In this document: in pieces, positions 1 through 12,530 of the stretch
Layout of the letters: each line of letters starts with the position of its first letter
Numbering within the stretch: the stretch's first letter is position 1
Assembly (NCBI RefSeq): GCF_963506605.1
Contig: NC_083277.1
Coordinates: forward strand, 19,716,001-19,780,000
Source: Zootoca vivipara
Taxonomy: Eukaryota
Direction: 5' to 3'
Length of the DNA stretch: 64,000 nucleotides
The notes under the pieces: generated by a model
What the model was told of the DNA's origin: nothing
Databases searched by the model: none
What the model saw: the letters and a program-made list of their open reading frames with translations, nothing else
Made by a program: the position numbers and the translations under genes

Positions 1-90
1 AGATAAATTCTCCCTTCAAGATATGCAGATGATATGTAACAAAGTATTTTTCATTATTACTGCTGCAGTGGAAATCCCTCTCCCACATAC

Positions 91-1919
91 CTATTAGGTG
101 CATCATTTTTGGGGATACGGGGCACATCAATTGGGTCATCTGGGAATTCATACTCCTGGATTTTGGGCTGTAAGTTCTTGGATTTGGGCCGGCCGGGACC
201 CTGCCCTGTGCTGTGACCTCCTTTCCCTTCCAGCTTCTGTTTCTTGGGTTTGCCATGTTTGACAGGAGTGCCCAACTCATGCTCTTTTTTTTCCAGCTTC
301 AGAAACCTCCTGTCCCCTTTCTTGTCTTGCCAATCTGTCAGGATCTGGAAAAACAAAACAGCTGCTTTTGTTAGTCCCTGTTAGGGAAAAAGGTGGTACT
401 GTACTGTATATTCATTCATTCATTCATTCATTAAAAGGCTGCTAGGTCACTGCTCCAAAACTGCTCCCATCTCCTTGGCCCCAGTGACTCCTTCACTTCA
501 TTCTTCTTTTCATAGCACATCTGAGCTGGGGGCAGGAATTCAGGGGCTGGAAAGAGGTTAGGAGCAGGGAGTGCAGCAGGCATGTGAAAAAGACTTTCTA
601 GATGCTGTCCAGCTTCTTTGCACCCATCTCCCACTTCTGCACATCTAGGAGTTGAATTGAGCAAACTAACTGGTGCAAGTGGGAGAACTTCTGGTTGCAA
701 AACAGAACTTGCCCTCCCTCTGCAGGCCTCCCTGGGCAGATTTGGGGTGTGTATTTTGCAGTGTACATCTGGGGATAATGTATGGGGGAAATTCTATTGC
801 AGGTGCATCTTGGATACAGCCTTAGGACTCTTGCAAGGCCTTGCCCAACCTAGCTCCATCAATTGCTACATTGCTTGCACTGGTGGAAGAGCCCACAAAC
901 AGGACCTGAGTACAAAGTGTCCTCAATACTTGTGATTCCCAGCAAGTGTTATTCAGAAGCATACGGCCTCTGACAGAAGAGGGAGAACATTTGCTTAATC
1001 CCCTTTTGAAACCATTTAAGTCAGTGGCTGTCGTTACATCTTGTGGGAGCAAATTCCATAGCTTAACTATGTGGTGTGTGAAGAACCACTTCCTTTTGTC
1101 TCTCCTGAAACATTCCGCATCATTGGATGTCTCAGGCTTTTAGTATTAGGAGAGAGAAATTTCTCTATTTGCTTTCTCCACGCCATGTATTCTACACCTC
1201 TCTCATTTCCCTCTTAACAAAAATAATAATAATCCCCAAACATTGTCACCTTTCTCCATAGTGGAGTTGCTCCAACACCCCTTGATTAATTAGATTGCCA
1301 TTTTCTGAATGAGATATAGGAGGGGTACCCAACCTACGGTCCACAGACCACCAGTGGACCGCAATCATCATTCAGGTGGTCTGCAACACGTTTGTGGATT
1401 TGTGGCTGAAGACAGGAGATGCCACAACCACTGTGATAAATATTCGTATCAATTTTTAATTCTATTTTAACTGCTTATACTGTTTTACAATATGCTTTCT
1501 ATAAAAAACTGCATTCGAGATGAATTAAACAATGCAATTTAAAGATACAATTAAATCCAATTAAAAATCATACAGCATCTAGCACAGCACATTAGAATTG
1601 CTACACCAGGCAGCCCCTCAGCAATTTTCAAATGATCCACAAGTGGGCGAAGTTTGGGAACCACTGAAATAAAGCATCTCCCTTCTATGGAGCAGCTTGA
1701 TTTCCATCTGACCTGGGTCTCAGTCTCCAGCACCCGAAGCCGGCGGCTGGCAGAAGACAGCAGCGTTTCAAGCTCCAGCTGCAGGGTGTCGAGTTCTTCA
1801 ATGCCGATGCCATCATCTTCCGAACGGGCCAGCACAGCTGTGTAGCGAGGGCACACCTTCAGGTGGTCCACAGACTTGAAATCGTGGAACTGAAGGGGAC
1901 AGTCCTTTAGCTCAGACAT
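91..1919 (-). CDS. TADA3: Transcriptional adapter 3 (SAGA/ATAC HAT module), 5' part; gene continues off the left edge
   Basis: Coding exons 1919-1713 (ATG, MSELKDCPLQFHDFKSVDHLKVCPRY...ETETQ, 207 nt) and 344-91 (ILTDWQDKKGDRRFLKL...PKNDAPN, 254 nt). GT-AG boundaries; near-identical to the vertebrate TADA3 N-terminus. Confidence 0.97.
1320..1666. mobile_element. Degenerate hAT-like non-autonomous DNA element
   Basis: Ends AGGGGTACCCAACC ... GTTTGGGAACCACTG resemble hAT TIRs; no clean TSD. Confidence 0.45.
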
Positions 1920-2539
1920 GGTGCGGCTAGCTGGGTCTGCGAGAAGAGAAAGTGACATGAAGGAACGGAACAGCAACAAGTGCAGGTGCCAACAGGGAGG
2001 ATCAAAACAAGCAGGGGTTAAAAGCAAAACAAAATACAAAAACGATAACGGTTAACTGGCCAAGTGACACAGGTTAGCACAGAGAACTCTTACCCTATGG
2101 ATAACCGGAGACAGGGGAGCGGCTCACTGCCAAGAAACCTGCATCGATGGAGACACAGTGATAGGTATCACCAGCCGGCAGGCAAGGAGCCACAGTGAGG
2201 GGCAAGTGTTAAAGGGATGGGAGCAAGCAAGTTGCAGGTGGAGGGAAAAGAGAAGGAAAAGAGAACGAGAAGGCAAGGCTAGTCGACAGAACATCAGCAG
2301 CTGGGAAAGGGACCGCAGAATGGGCAGTGGGAGGGCAGACCCTCTGCAGGGTTAAGGCACAAACGTGCAAGGAAAGAAAAGCACAAAGCAATGAGGGTTT
2401 GGAAGGTGGGATGAGCAGCATTGGAAATAAGGACCCAAAGCGCTGGGGCTTGTGCAGGATGAAGAAACAGGTGATGAATGAGCTGTGGGAAGGGGGGGGG
2501 GAAGAGGCCAGGAGGGGGCGCTGGAGGAAGGAGGGGGGA

Positions 2540-3600
2540 GATTGCTGGGGTAGCTTCCGGTTTCAGGGGCTCCTTCCGGGTTACACTCACCCACGGCCCG
2601 CGCATGCGCGCAAGGATGGGGAGAAGCAGCGCCGCGGGTGGGGCGCCTTGCGAGGCTGGGGAGGGAGAAGGCTATACTGAATAGATAGAGACCGAGCTCT
2701 CCCCCGCAGAACTGCTTCCTCCTCCTCAGCTCCGCTCACTTCCTTCCTGGGCCAGCGCCTCCCCGTTGGCTGGACGCTCCCTCCGCCGCCCCGCCCCTAT
2801 TGGCCGAGAGTCAAGTTCTACGGGGCTTTTTTTTTTCTTCCCTCTCCACCTTCCTCAGCTTCCTGGATTTTTCCCCCCTTCCCTCTCCACCTTCCTCAGC
2901 TTCCTGCTATTGGCCCGTGTCCCCTTCGGCCACGCCCACACCTCTCTTGTTCCCAAATATGGAGACGGGGAGGCTTCGGTCGTACCAATTGAGAAACAGG
3001 GGTGGGTCAGGAGGGACAGAGCGAGGAAAGCAAACGATAAAAGACCAAAAAGTGCTGGCTGCGTTCTTTTCCGACGCTGTATTAGAAACCCCGACCTCAC
3101 CTAATTCTAGAAACTCGGAGGGAGCGAAAGGAGCCGGTATTGAGCGCGTGCACCCACCTATCCACCCCCTCCGCGAAAGGTTTTGGAGCGATCCAGAAAC
3201 GAGGATATCTCTCTCCCCCTCCCCTGCGCGCCGCCTCCGCGTCTTGGCGGGGGTCACTTCCGCTTCCGTTCCTGGGACCAAGACCCTCGGCTGTTGCCGC
3301 CGCCTTTGCTGCCATGGTGAGGGAGTTGGAGTGGGGTGGGTGGGAGAGGGGGTGACAGGGTGGGCCTGGCTGGGGCAGCGCGAGGCCCTCCGAAAGGGGA
3401 AGGGGGGGAGGGTTGTCCGTTGGCGGTAACCGGTCAGGGCAGGAGCTGCCGGGACCGTGGAGGGAGTTAAGGGGGCTCCGAAGGGAAGCTGCTCCTTGGC
3501 GCTGAGGGGAGACGCCTCTCTCAGGCCCGGCTGACAGGCTCCCTGCTGCCCAAAGGAGGGTGGGCGGTGACGTCACGAGCCGCGGTTTTAAAGGTGCGAC
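2540..3600. promoter_or_regulatory. TADA3/ARPC4 bidirectional CpG-island promoter
   Basis: GC/CpG-rich. NRF1 palindrome GCGCATGCGC at 2600-2609, ETS-type CTTCCG motifs (~2554, ~2574, 3256-3270), GC box ~2786, ATTGG boxes ~2799 and ~2909, full CRE TGACGTCA at 3568-3575. Lies between divergent genes. Confidence 0.85.
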
Positions 3601-6600
3601 GTAATTTTGAGGGGGAACCTGTCGAATCTCCTTCCTTGCAGACTGCCACCCTTCGCCCCTATCTCAATGCTGTGCGCGCTACCCTGCAGGCCGCCCTGTG
3701 CCTGGAGAACTTCTCGTCCCAGGTGGTGGAGCGGCATAACAAGCCGGAGGTGGAAGTCAGGTGGGTGTCTGTGGTGGTGGGTATTGGGGGAGGATGGGGC
3801 TGCATAATAAATATTGCTCGTAATAATAATGAGCTTTATTTGGAGCGAGGGGGAAAGGTCTCCTTCGGCCTTGTCGATACTCCCTGCTTTTTCTTTTCAG
3901 ATGGCCATGAATTGGTGTCGATTGATGAATGGGTGTTGTTGTTTTTAAATGCCGGGGATTAAAGCAATGTGCGCGAAGCGAAAGGGCAGCTGATGGAAAC
4001 GGTCCTTGAATGCTTCTTCAAGGGCTCATTGCGGGAACCAGAGGCAACAGATGCGGGCAAGAGGCTGGGGGATAAAAGCCGCATACGGAAGTGCGGAAAA
4101 CTAGGAGGTGGAGTCGTGGGAGAATGAATGGAAGGGCCTGAAGGTTGCCATGGGGACTGAAAAGTTTCCACATTGCAATGCACTCCAAAGTGAAATGATA
4201 GCTGTCAGGATAGGTTGCTGGTGGAGATATTGTGTGCATTTTAATTCTGCTACCTTTCTCTCCCCACCCATTGTTCAAGGTTTCCCATACCCTAAATACT
4301 TTTTTTAAAAAAAGAGTGGTCTACATTGTGGTAATCTGTTTTATCTGTTATTTGAAATCCTAGAGTTTCAATGTGTTTTGCTGACTTGTAAGCCACCTTG
4401 GAAGGGTATAGACCCTAAAAGATAGAATAAAAAAATCAAATAAATTAAAAAGGCTGTAATCCCATTAAAAAAACAACTTTTATTTGTGGAAGATTTAAGG
4501 CTGCAGTCCTACCTCATTTACCAGGGAGTAAGCACTACTGAATTAAGTAGAACTTATTTATGAGTAGACCTCATGTGCACTGTTAATTGGTCAATACAAA
4601 AGTTCTTCTTGGTTTTCCAGGGGCCTGCATTTTTAGATTCATCTTTTTGCTGTTTGTATTTTCTCCCAGCAGTCATGGCACTAGTGCCCTCTACCTTCTC
4701 ATTTCTTGACTTCTGCTTATTATTCCCCTTCATTGTATCATATTTTTATGACTACAGTAACCTCCTTCTTAATTTCCATGGCCCAAGTATCTGACCATCC
4801 TGCTATGGATAGTGTTGATCAGTTGGTGCTTATTATTATATCTTTTGTTTTATTTTTGTCTTGTTCCTATTCTGCATGTCAACTGTCATGCCACCTCTTC
4901 ATTCCAAGTGGACCATGGTGACTGCAGTTACACAAATCCAATCTTCCATATATACTGTTCCTCATACTTTTTGAAATTGTGGGTGGCCCATTTTTAATGT
5001 TCTCTAATTTCAGCACAGGGTTTGATTCAAAGAGCTATGCATGGACGACTGCAGCATTCAGATAACTCCATTCCTTCTGCATCCTCTTGGGTGCTCTAAC
5101 CAAAGACTTCCCTAACCTCCTGGGTCATCTCTGAATGAGTAGCCACTGGCTTGCCTTGACTTCCTTTTTGTACTGTCTTGGGCGGGGAGCAAAAGAAAGA
5201 AGGCCGTATGAATAGTAGTAGCAAGGAAAGGAGCATTTTGCTATCTCCCTGTAGTTCCTCAGCTGGAAAGTCTGGTTAGCGGCTGAGGGAAAACTGCAGC
5301 TGCTTAGATACTCATGGTAAACTGAGACAGTCCTTCCTGACCTCCCACTTGAGGGTTTTCCTTCACTAAGAGGGGCCTGGCCCAGGAATCATTCTGGTAG
5401 AAATCAGTGGAGTAAATGCCACTCTACTGACTTTTATTAAGTATGGGAAAGAGGTGGCATGGCCACCAATGTGTGAGGTCTATGCTTAGTCTCTGCTTGC
5501 CTCCTCCTGCTGTTTATTCCCTCCCCACTGCCATAAAATCTATGTGAAAGTGTGTAAAGGGAGCCATCTAATTCTGAGCATTAGGAGTCCCTGCAGATAT
5601 TGCCCAAGTCAAAATGTTACTGAATCATGTGAGTAATCAGTTTAGAGAAATATTTGAACAAGGTCTCAGCTGTGAAACAAATGGATAATCTTATATTTGC
5701 TCAGAAGGCAAATATGACTAATGCACCATGGTTCATATGGATGCATTAGTTGGCCTGAAATGTACAGGTGTAAAATCAATACAGTACATTTTCTTGTGCC
5801 TGTCTTGCAAGCTCCTGGTCCTCATTCTTATGTCACTATCTTTACAACAATTGTATTCTGTGTATTGTATGTAGTTTACATCAGTACTCTGCAGAAAGGT
5901 ACTGCGGTGATGTTAGAAGTCTGGCTGAACCTCACCTTGCAGAAAGGGGTTTGCATGGACTTGGTACAGATAGAGTAAGGAACCTCCACATTCCTAGACT
6001 ATCTTTGACTTCTATGCTGACCTCTCTATCCTTTGAAGTCTAGACTGCTTAGGCTGCATCCTCTTCAACTTCCATCTCATACTCCTCATTCAAGATGAGA
6101 GGTCATCTTGGATCTATCCTCTGAGAACAAAAGAGCAAGCATGGCTTGCCCGGACGTCTCCACCACCATCATTCTGCCCGGACTCGGAAACTACAACTAA
6201 TCCAGAATGCGGCAGCTAGACTGGTGACTGGGAGCAGCTGCCAAGACCACATAACACCGGTCTTAAAAGATCTACATTGGCTCCCAGTACGTTTCCGAGC
6301 ACAATTCAAAGTGTTGGTGCTGACCTTTAAAGCCCTAAATGGCCTTGGTCCAATATACCTGAAGGAGCGTCTCCACCTCCATCATTCTGCCTGGACACTG
6401 AGGTCCAGCACCAAGGGCCTTCTGGCGGTTCCCTTGTTGCGGGAAGCCAAATTGCAGGGAACCAGGCAGAGGGCCTTCTCGGTGGTGGCGCCTGCCCTGT
6501 GGAACGCCCTCCCAACAGATGTCAAAGAGGAAAACAACTACCAGACTTTTAGAAGACATCTGAAGGCAGCCCTGTTCAGGGAGGCTTTTAATGTTTATTA

Positions 6601-6648
6601 GATTACTGTGTTTTATTTATACCCAGATGGGCAGGGTATAAATAATAA

Positions 6649-6691
<43 letters not shown>

Positions 6692-9600
6692 GTGTTCTCT
6701 AGAATGATTACTTAACTTGGATAGAAAACTTTCTCTTTCTAAGTTATGTAACTCCTGTAATAAATGATTTTATTGTTTTTACTCTACAAATACCTCTTGT
6801 ATGTGTGGGATTACAACAAGTAAGATCTACTTTCTAACTAGAATCACAAGCTACATTCCACATACCAAATTTCAATAGGTGGGCTGTGGTGGTGAGTCTA
6901 TATTGGATAAACAGGCTTGATATGTGGTGACCCCTGTCCCAACGCTCCTGTCTGCCCTTTTGCACTCTGAGTTAATGGATTTCTCGTCCCTTTTAGAAAT
7001 ACTGGGATGGCAATAGTTTAGGTGCATGGTTCTACTCTCCCGCTGCTTCTTACTGAATCCAATATCTTCTGTGTGAGCTAAAGTGCAGTTACACAAGAGG
7101 AAGTGCTTGTGGTCTGACTAATGCCAGAAAGGCATTTGCCCACAACTGCCAGAGTTGGATCTTCTTCGGTCTTCTGGCAGACTAGCTGCAGGAACAAATT
7201 CTAGAGCTGCCTGGCTCATAGACATTGGAATGAACAAGATGGTTAACTAGGTTAAAGGGTCTCCCTAAAATTTGGAAAATGAATATTATGGAACTTGGGG
7301 AGGCACTTCTAATGATGTTTTGTGTAAAGAGTCTTAGCAACTCCCTCTGATTGTGCTCATTTACATGTTCTACCTCAATTCCTCTGGTCAAGTAGTTGAA
7401 TGAATCCCTTGTACAGGGCCCCCGGGACAGTGATTGTCAGTGTACAGCCCCTGCTCTGTATCTGGGATGTACCTTCCCCAGAACAGCTCTCCGATGGCTG
7501 AGTTATCACATATCAGCTGCTGGAGGGATGGGCATCAGACGGCAGATTGCAACCAGCAGTCTATATGTTATCTACATCTGCCAGGCAAAGGTATAGGTAT
7601 AGGCACCGGAAGCTAACTTAACACAGTTGTCTTGGTCCAAAGAAGAATTGTTTATATGATTTCTTATTCACCCTTCACCATGAAGTCCCAGGGCAGGTTA
7701 CAAGAAATTAAAGAGACAATGTTAAACATAGTTAAAACAACTAACAATCAGTATAATAGGATGGACTCTAAAAAATGTATCTCGGATGTCAAATGGCTTA
7801 GGTTACAGAGGTGTGTCTTCAGTATATGATGACAACAGTACAATGAAGGTGCCAGATGCACCTCTGTGGAGAAGGAATTCCACAACTTTTGGGCACCGCC
7901 TCCTGAATTTTAAAAAGTGGTGAAAACTTGCAAAGCTTGCATTTAGGATTACAAGTTCAATGGTTGGGGAGAAGAGAGAACATTAAATTGTGCTATGGCT
8001 GGAATCCTTCCAAAGGAGAGACAAAATGTGCCTCCCTGTGGTCCCTGACATAGATTTTCCTCTGTGGGTTTGCAGAAGCAGCAAGGAGTTACTGCTGCAG
8101 CCAGTGATCATCAGCAGGAATGAGAAAGAAAAAGTCCTAATTGAAGGGTCAATCAACTCTGTGCGAGTCAGCATTGCAGTGAAGCAGGTAAGCCAAGCAT
8201 GGATGGGAGATGAGGGGTGGGGTGGTCATTGCAACTCAACCTGAAAAACACTAATGGCTGCCCCTTTTCCCTTCCGCAGGCCGATGAGATTGAGAAGATC
8301 CTGTGTCACAAATTTATGCGCTTCATGATGATGAGAGCAGAGAACTTCTTCATTTTACGTCGGAAACCAGTTGAGGTAAGGAGACATGACCCAGGGTCAA
8401 TGGCATGGTACAAATGGCTTTTTCTGTTGTCTCTTAGCCAAAGCAACAGCATGCGACACAAGCCATTTCTTTGACAGCTGTTGTAGCATATCCCACACCT
8501 CACTGCTCTCAGTAATGTGAAGCTCTCTCAGGAGATAAGATGTCTGACTGAGTGGCTTTTATTTTCAAGATGTTGCTTGACTGCCAACATCTTCCACAGT
8601 AGCATTAGCAGTGACAATGGCTAACAGTGAGCTTGCCTCTTGCAGCACTGGTATGACTCAAAAAAAGGGTGTGGTTTCAGCCCTGTGTTGAGCTTGGTCG
8701 CTAGAGTCCAAATGACTTGAGTTGATTTGAATACCAAAGCCTTGATTTGCATTTTCTTACAGGAGATATGCATGTGTGTGCTGCTATACACTGATGGGTG
8801 TTAAAATGGCTCTCTCCATAATTGGTGTTGCAGTATCTGCAGACAACAGGGATTAGGTCCATTACTCCAATGTGGTCTGTGTGTTCTCCTGATTCTTCTC
8901 AGCTGTTGGATTTATTATCATAGAATCTCAGCATTGTAGAGTAGGAAGGGACCCCGAGGGCCATCTAGTCTAACTCTCTGCAATGCAAGAATCTCAACCA
9001 AAACATCCCATGACAGATGACCATCCAACTTCTGCTCAAAATATCTAATGAAGGAGAGTCCACCGCCTTCCAAGAGTGTCCATTCCACTGTTGAATAGCT
9101 CTTAACCTCATAAAGTTCTTCCTAACGTTTAGTTGGATTCTCCTTTCTTGTAATTTGAATCCATTGGTTTGAGTTCTACCCTCCAGAGCAGGAGAAAACA
9201 AGGTTGTTCCATCTTCCATGTGACAGCTCTTTAGATATTTGAAGATGGCTATCATATCTCCCCTCAGTCTCCTCTTGTTCATGCTAAACATATGCAACTC
9301 CTTCAACTGTACCTCATAAAACTTGGCTTTATTGACTGGGTGTTGGCAGGCAGCCCACTTAGCCCCAGGGCTGACAGAGGTCCAGTAGAGAGAGACATGC
9401 ACGACCTGCGTGTGCACCTCCCCTCCTGCCTGAGACGTCTGGGAGATTCCGATCTTGCCCGGTTGTCCATCAGTGACTAACACCAAAGGTGTTAGCACAC
9501 TAGAAACAGCAGAGTCTCGCTGCAGCAGTGACCAGACATCCAGGCATCACGTAGATAAGCTAATCTACTTTATTTACACACACAGAGAGAGAAAGAGAGA

Positions 9601-10870
9601 GAGCACTGCACTGCACTGCACTGCAAAATGGCTCCTCTCTATCTAGCATCAGACAGCAAAGAGAGCGAAACAAAGGACAGTAGTCCAATATCACGGAACA
9701 CAGTAACACAAACATCCTGTTTCTGTCACTTCCCACTCTGTGGAATGAAAACATACACTGTCATGTGATAGACAACAATCCCATGACTGCAGACACAGGG
9801 AATGAATCTCCAACAGTTAGTATAGATCTCACTGTTGCATGTAGCCAAGCCCACTACATATATCTGCAAACTGTTTATGGAAGGAAGTAAAAAGCAAGAT
9901 AATTCATTTCTCCCCATGCTGAGTTGGTGTCAGAGTGAGTAGGAGGTGTGATTGTTGAGTCTTTGCTTAATAGATGCTAATTACATGCTGCTTTCCTTTT
10001 ATCCCAGGGCTATGACATTAGCTTCCTGATCACAAACTTCCATACAGAGCAGATGTACAAGCACAAGCTGGTGGACTTTGTCATTCATTTCATGGAGGAA
10101 ATTGACAAGGAAATCAGCGAGATGAAGCTTTCCGTCAATGCCAGAGCTCGCATTGTGGCAGAGGAGTTCCTGAAGAATGTAAGGGTCTGTTAGGCAGAAG
10201 TGAAACAAAAATGGTATGCCAAAATTCACCAGTGGTTTGTGAGAGCTTGGTTGGTAAGTCATGTGACTGCCAGTGCCATCTGTAGAAGAGCAATACCTTC
10301 TAAACAAAAACAAAATCATGTACATTTTTTCATGTTGCAGGCCACCTTGAGCATGGTTTTAACTATGGAAAGCCGGCATATGAATAAAATGATGTATGCA
10401 TGTAAAATTATTTAGAGATGAAAATGGGGAACTTTATCACAAGTGTTTATGAAATGTTTTAGAAACAGCGGGAGGCCTATGTGATACAAAATTGTCTGTG
10501 GGCATAGAAGCCCTAGGTTCAGATATCTTCTTGACTATATAGAGTTCATCACATAGCCTTGAGTAGTAGTAATTGCTACTTACATTTGCTTGGTACTCGG
10601 GAGCACAAAACCCCCAGTATGGACTGTTCCAATGGGAATCAAATAAGAGATTGTTTGGATTCCAAGTTCCAAGAGAAGTGATCTAAATGACTTGTTACAT
10701 GATGCTAATAGCAATAAAAATGCAAACAAGCCCTTGAAAGTGATAGCAAAAAGGTTGGTAGCAACCTCTTCCAGATGCCTTCCCTTGTAAAGTTCTCGAT
10801 AGAGAAGTGAATCGTTCCAGGTTGTTGAATTAATTGACTTCTCTTTCTCTCTTTCTCCCCACAGTTCTAG
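3314..10870 (+). CDS. ARPC4: Actin-related protein 2/3 complex subunit 4 (168 aa)
   Basis: Exons 3314-3316 (ATG only), 3642-3760, 8076-8187, 8280-8375, 10008-10178, 10865-10870 (TTC TAG); 507 nt total. Translation [41 protein letters not shown]...AEEFLKNF. Confidence 0.98.
6146..6690 (+). mobile_element. 5'-truncated L2-type LINE
   Basis: ORF 6146-6601 encodes the RT C-terminal region ([14 protein letters not shown]...[14 protein letters not shown]...[16 protein letters not shown]); (TAT)n tail. Confidence 0.85.
8917..9330 (-). mobile_element. CR1 LINE 3' fragment
   Basis: Minus-strand peptide [16 protein letters not shown]...[13 protein letters not shown]...RKNF typical of the CR1 ORF2 end. 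Confidence 0.85.
9341..9815 (-). mobile_element. Solo-LTR-like segment
   Basis: Bounded by TGTTGG...CCAACA; minus-strand AATAAA near 9570; no TSD found. Confidence 0.4.
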
Positions 10871-11734
10871 ACTAAGGGCTGGAATCCACAGCTTGGCTTT
10901 CTCATTCTCTCTGCACAGCCACCTTGCTGCGGCTTCAGAGAGGGCCACAGTTTGGGAGCGAGATGAGAAGCAGCCAGACCTGCGGGGGCTGTCCCAGCTA
11001 AATGTACACCATGCTCGCCAGCGTGCCCAGGGGAGGGGAGGGTGCTTTTTTAATAATTTTGGAACAAAACTGTGCTTGTTTAAGACTGTGTCAACTTGAT
11101 ATCCTTTTCTCTTTTTTTTAATGACTGATACTTGCTGTTATTTGTCTACTCGAGTCTCTTAGTGGCCAAGTCCTTGTGGGGGAAGCGGGGGGTGGGATCG
11201 ACTGTTCCAGCAGCCCTCAGAAAGAGTTGTTGCGGGAGTTCATCTCAGTGCTGTGCATGCAAAAACAAAACAAAAAACCTCTGACAGATAACACACAAAA
11301 GCTGCCTTTATCTATAAGGTTGGCCCCAGTAAATGAGGCCTGAAGCATCTTTTTAGACAAACTGGCAGCCTGTCTTGGAACGTACTAGGGTACAAGGTGT
11401 GACTAACTTGGTCCACCTCCCAAACGGAATCATGAGTTTGCAGGCAAGCCAGGTGCTGAAGATGGCAATCCTCCCCTGTGCCAAGTCATTCCCATCTCTA
11501 GAGAGATCGCCCTCCCTGTAGCCCGCTTTCCCTTACTCCCACAGCAATCAGAGCATTCTGAGCACAGCACTGCCTCCTGTTCATTTCCTTTGTATTTCCT
11601 TCCACATCTGTGCCAGAGGGAGCTGTGATGGGAGGGGCCAGGCGTCAGCAAAACGCGACGGAGCTGGAATCTGTAACTCTTGGTTCTTTTTGCTATGGCA
11701 CTTGCTGTAACTTTCTTACTCTGGGACCTTCCCT

Positions 11735-11740
11735 ATTAAA
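11735..11740 (+). terminator. Probable ARPC4 polyadenylation signal (ATTAAA)
   Basis: ATTAAA about 865 nt after the stop, followed by a GT-rich tract. No AATAAA seen earlier in the 3' UTR. Confidence 0.5.
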
Positions 11741-11912
11741 GCCTTTTTCCCCCTTCTTGCCTCCTGAAGTTAAGCGGTGGTTGCATGGTTTCTCTGTGGT
11801 GTGCTAAGTCCTCCCTTACCGAGTCCGGTTATGCTGCCTGGGAAGCACATGGAATTTCTTGTCGTGTCCTAGCAACTAGGATTGACCAATCTTCTTTGTT
11901 TGCCCGAAAGCA

Positions 11913-12031
11913 GGCCCTCCAGATGTTTTGGAACTACAACTCCCATGATCCCTAGCTAACAGGACCAGTGGTCAGGGATGATGGGAATTGTAGTCCCAAA
12001 ACATCTGGAGGGCCGAGTTTGCCTATGCCTG
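11913..12031. mobile_element. Short palindromic hAT MITE (left end truncated)
   Basis: GGCCCTCCAGATGTTTTGG...CCAAAACATCTGGAGGGCC inverted arms; same family as 37823, 52420, 53122 and 60652. Confidence 0.8.
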
Positions 12032-12339
12032 CCCTAAAGGATGTTTTCAGAGTAGGTGCTCTTTCCGCACCTTAGTGGACTGTAGGCTCCATTCTCCCAA
12101 GCCAAGGCAAACCAAATTACCATGCTCCCTACAAAGAACATGTTCTATTATGTTATGAGGGTATCTCACTGATTTGTAAAGAACAGCTAATCCTCCCTGA
12201 AGTGAAGATAATATTCTTGCTGGGTAGATTTGCTCCACCTGTTCTAAAGCTCACATGTACCTATTTTGAAAGGTTTTGATACAAGAGGCATTTATTTATT
12301 AGGTGTGCATATTGTAGGATGTGCACCCATGGCAGGGGT

Positions 12340-12530
12340 GGCTAACATGTGGACCTCCATACATTTTATTACATTGGTCCATCTACAACATTGCTGTCTA
12401 TCCACACTGTCTGGCACCTGCTCTCCAAGGTTGGGGGCACAAGTCTCTCCCAGCCTTCCCTGGAGATGCCAGGGTTTGGAGCTGGGACCTTCTGTATACG
12501 AAGTGTGAGCTCCAACACTGAGCTTCCCCA
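12340..12530 (-). mobile_element. Squam3-like tRNA-derived SINE, degenerate
   Basis: Reverse-complement similarity to the copies at 33977, 46430 and 48015. Confidence 0.55.

Noticed and set aside
3314-3355. Extension of ARPC4 exon 1 (MVRE...) as an N-terminally longer isoform
   Set aside because: In-frame TGA at 3353-3355 and no convincing phase-0 donor before it.
2766-3576. Cluster of long ORFs (up to 209 aa) in the TADA3/ARPC4 promoter
   Set aside because: Expected from GC-rich, stop-poor sequence; mostly non-ATG starts; no homology.
9925-9940. TGGTGTCAGAGTG resembling a tRNA-Leu primer-binding site
   Set aside because: About 110 nt from the LTR-like end and on the wrong side for its inferred orientation.
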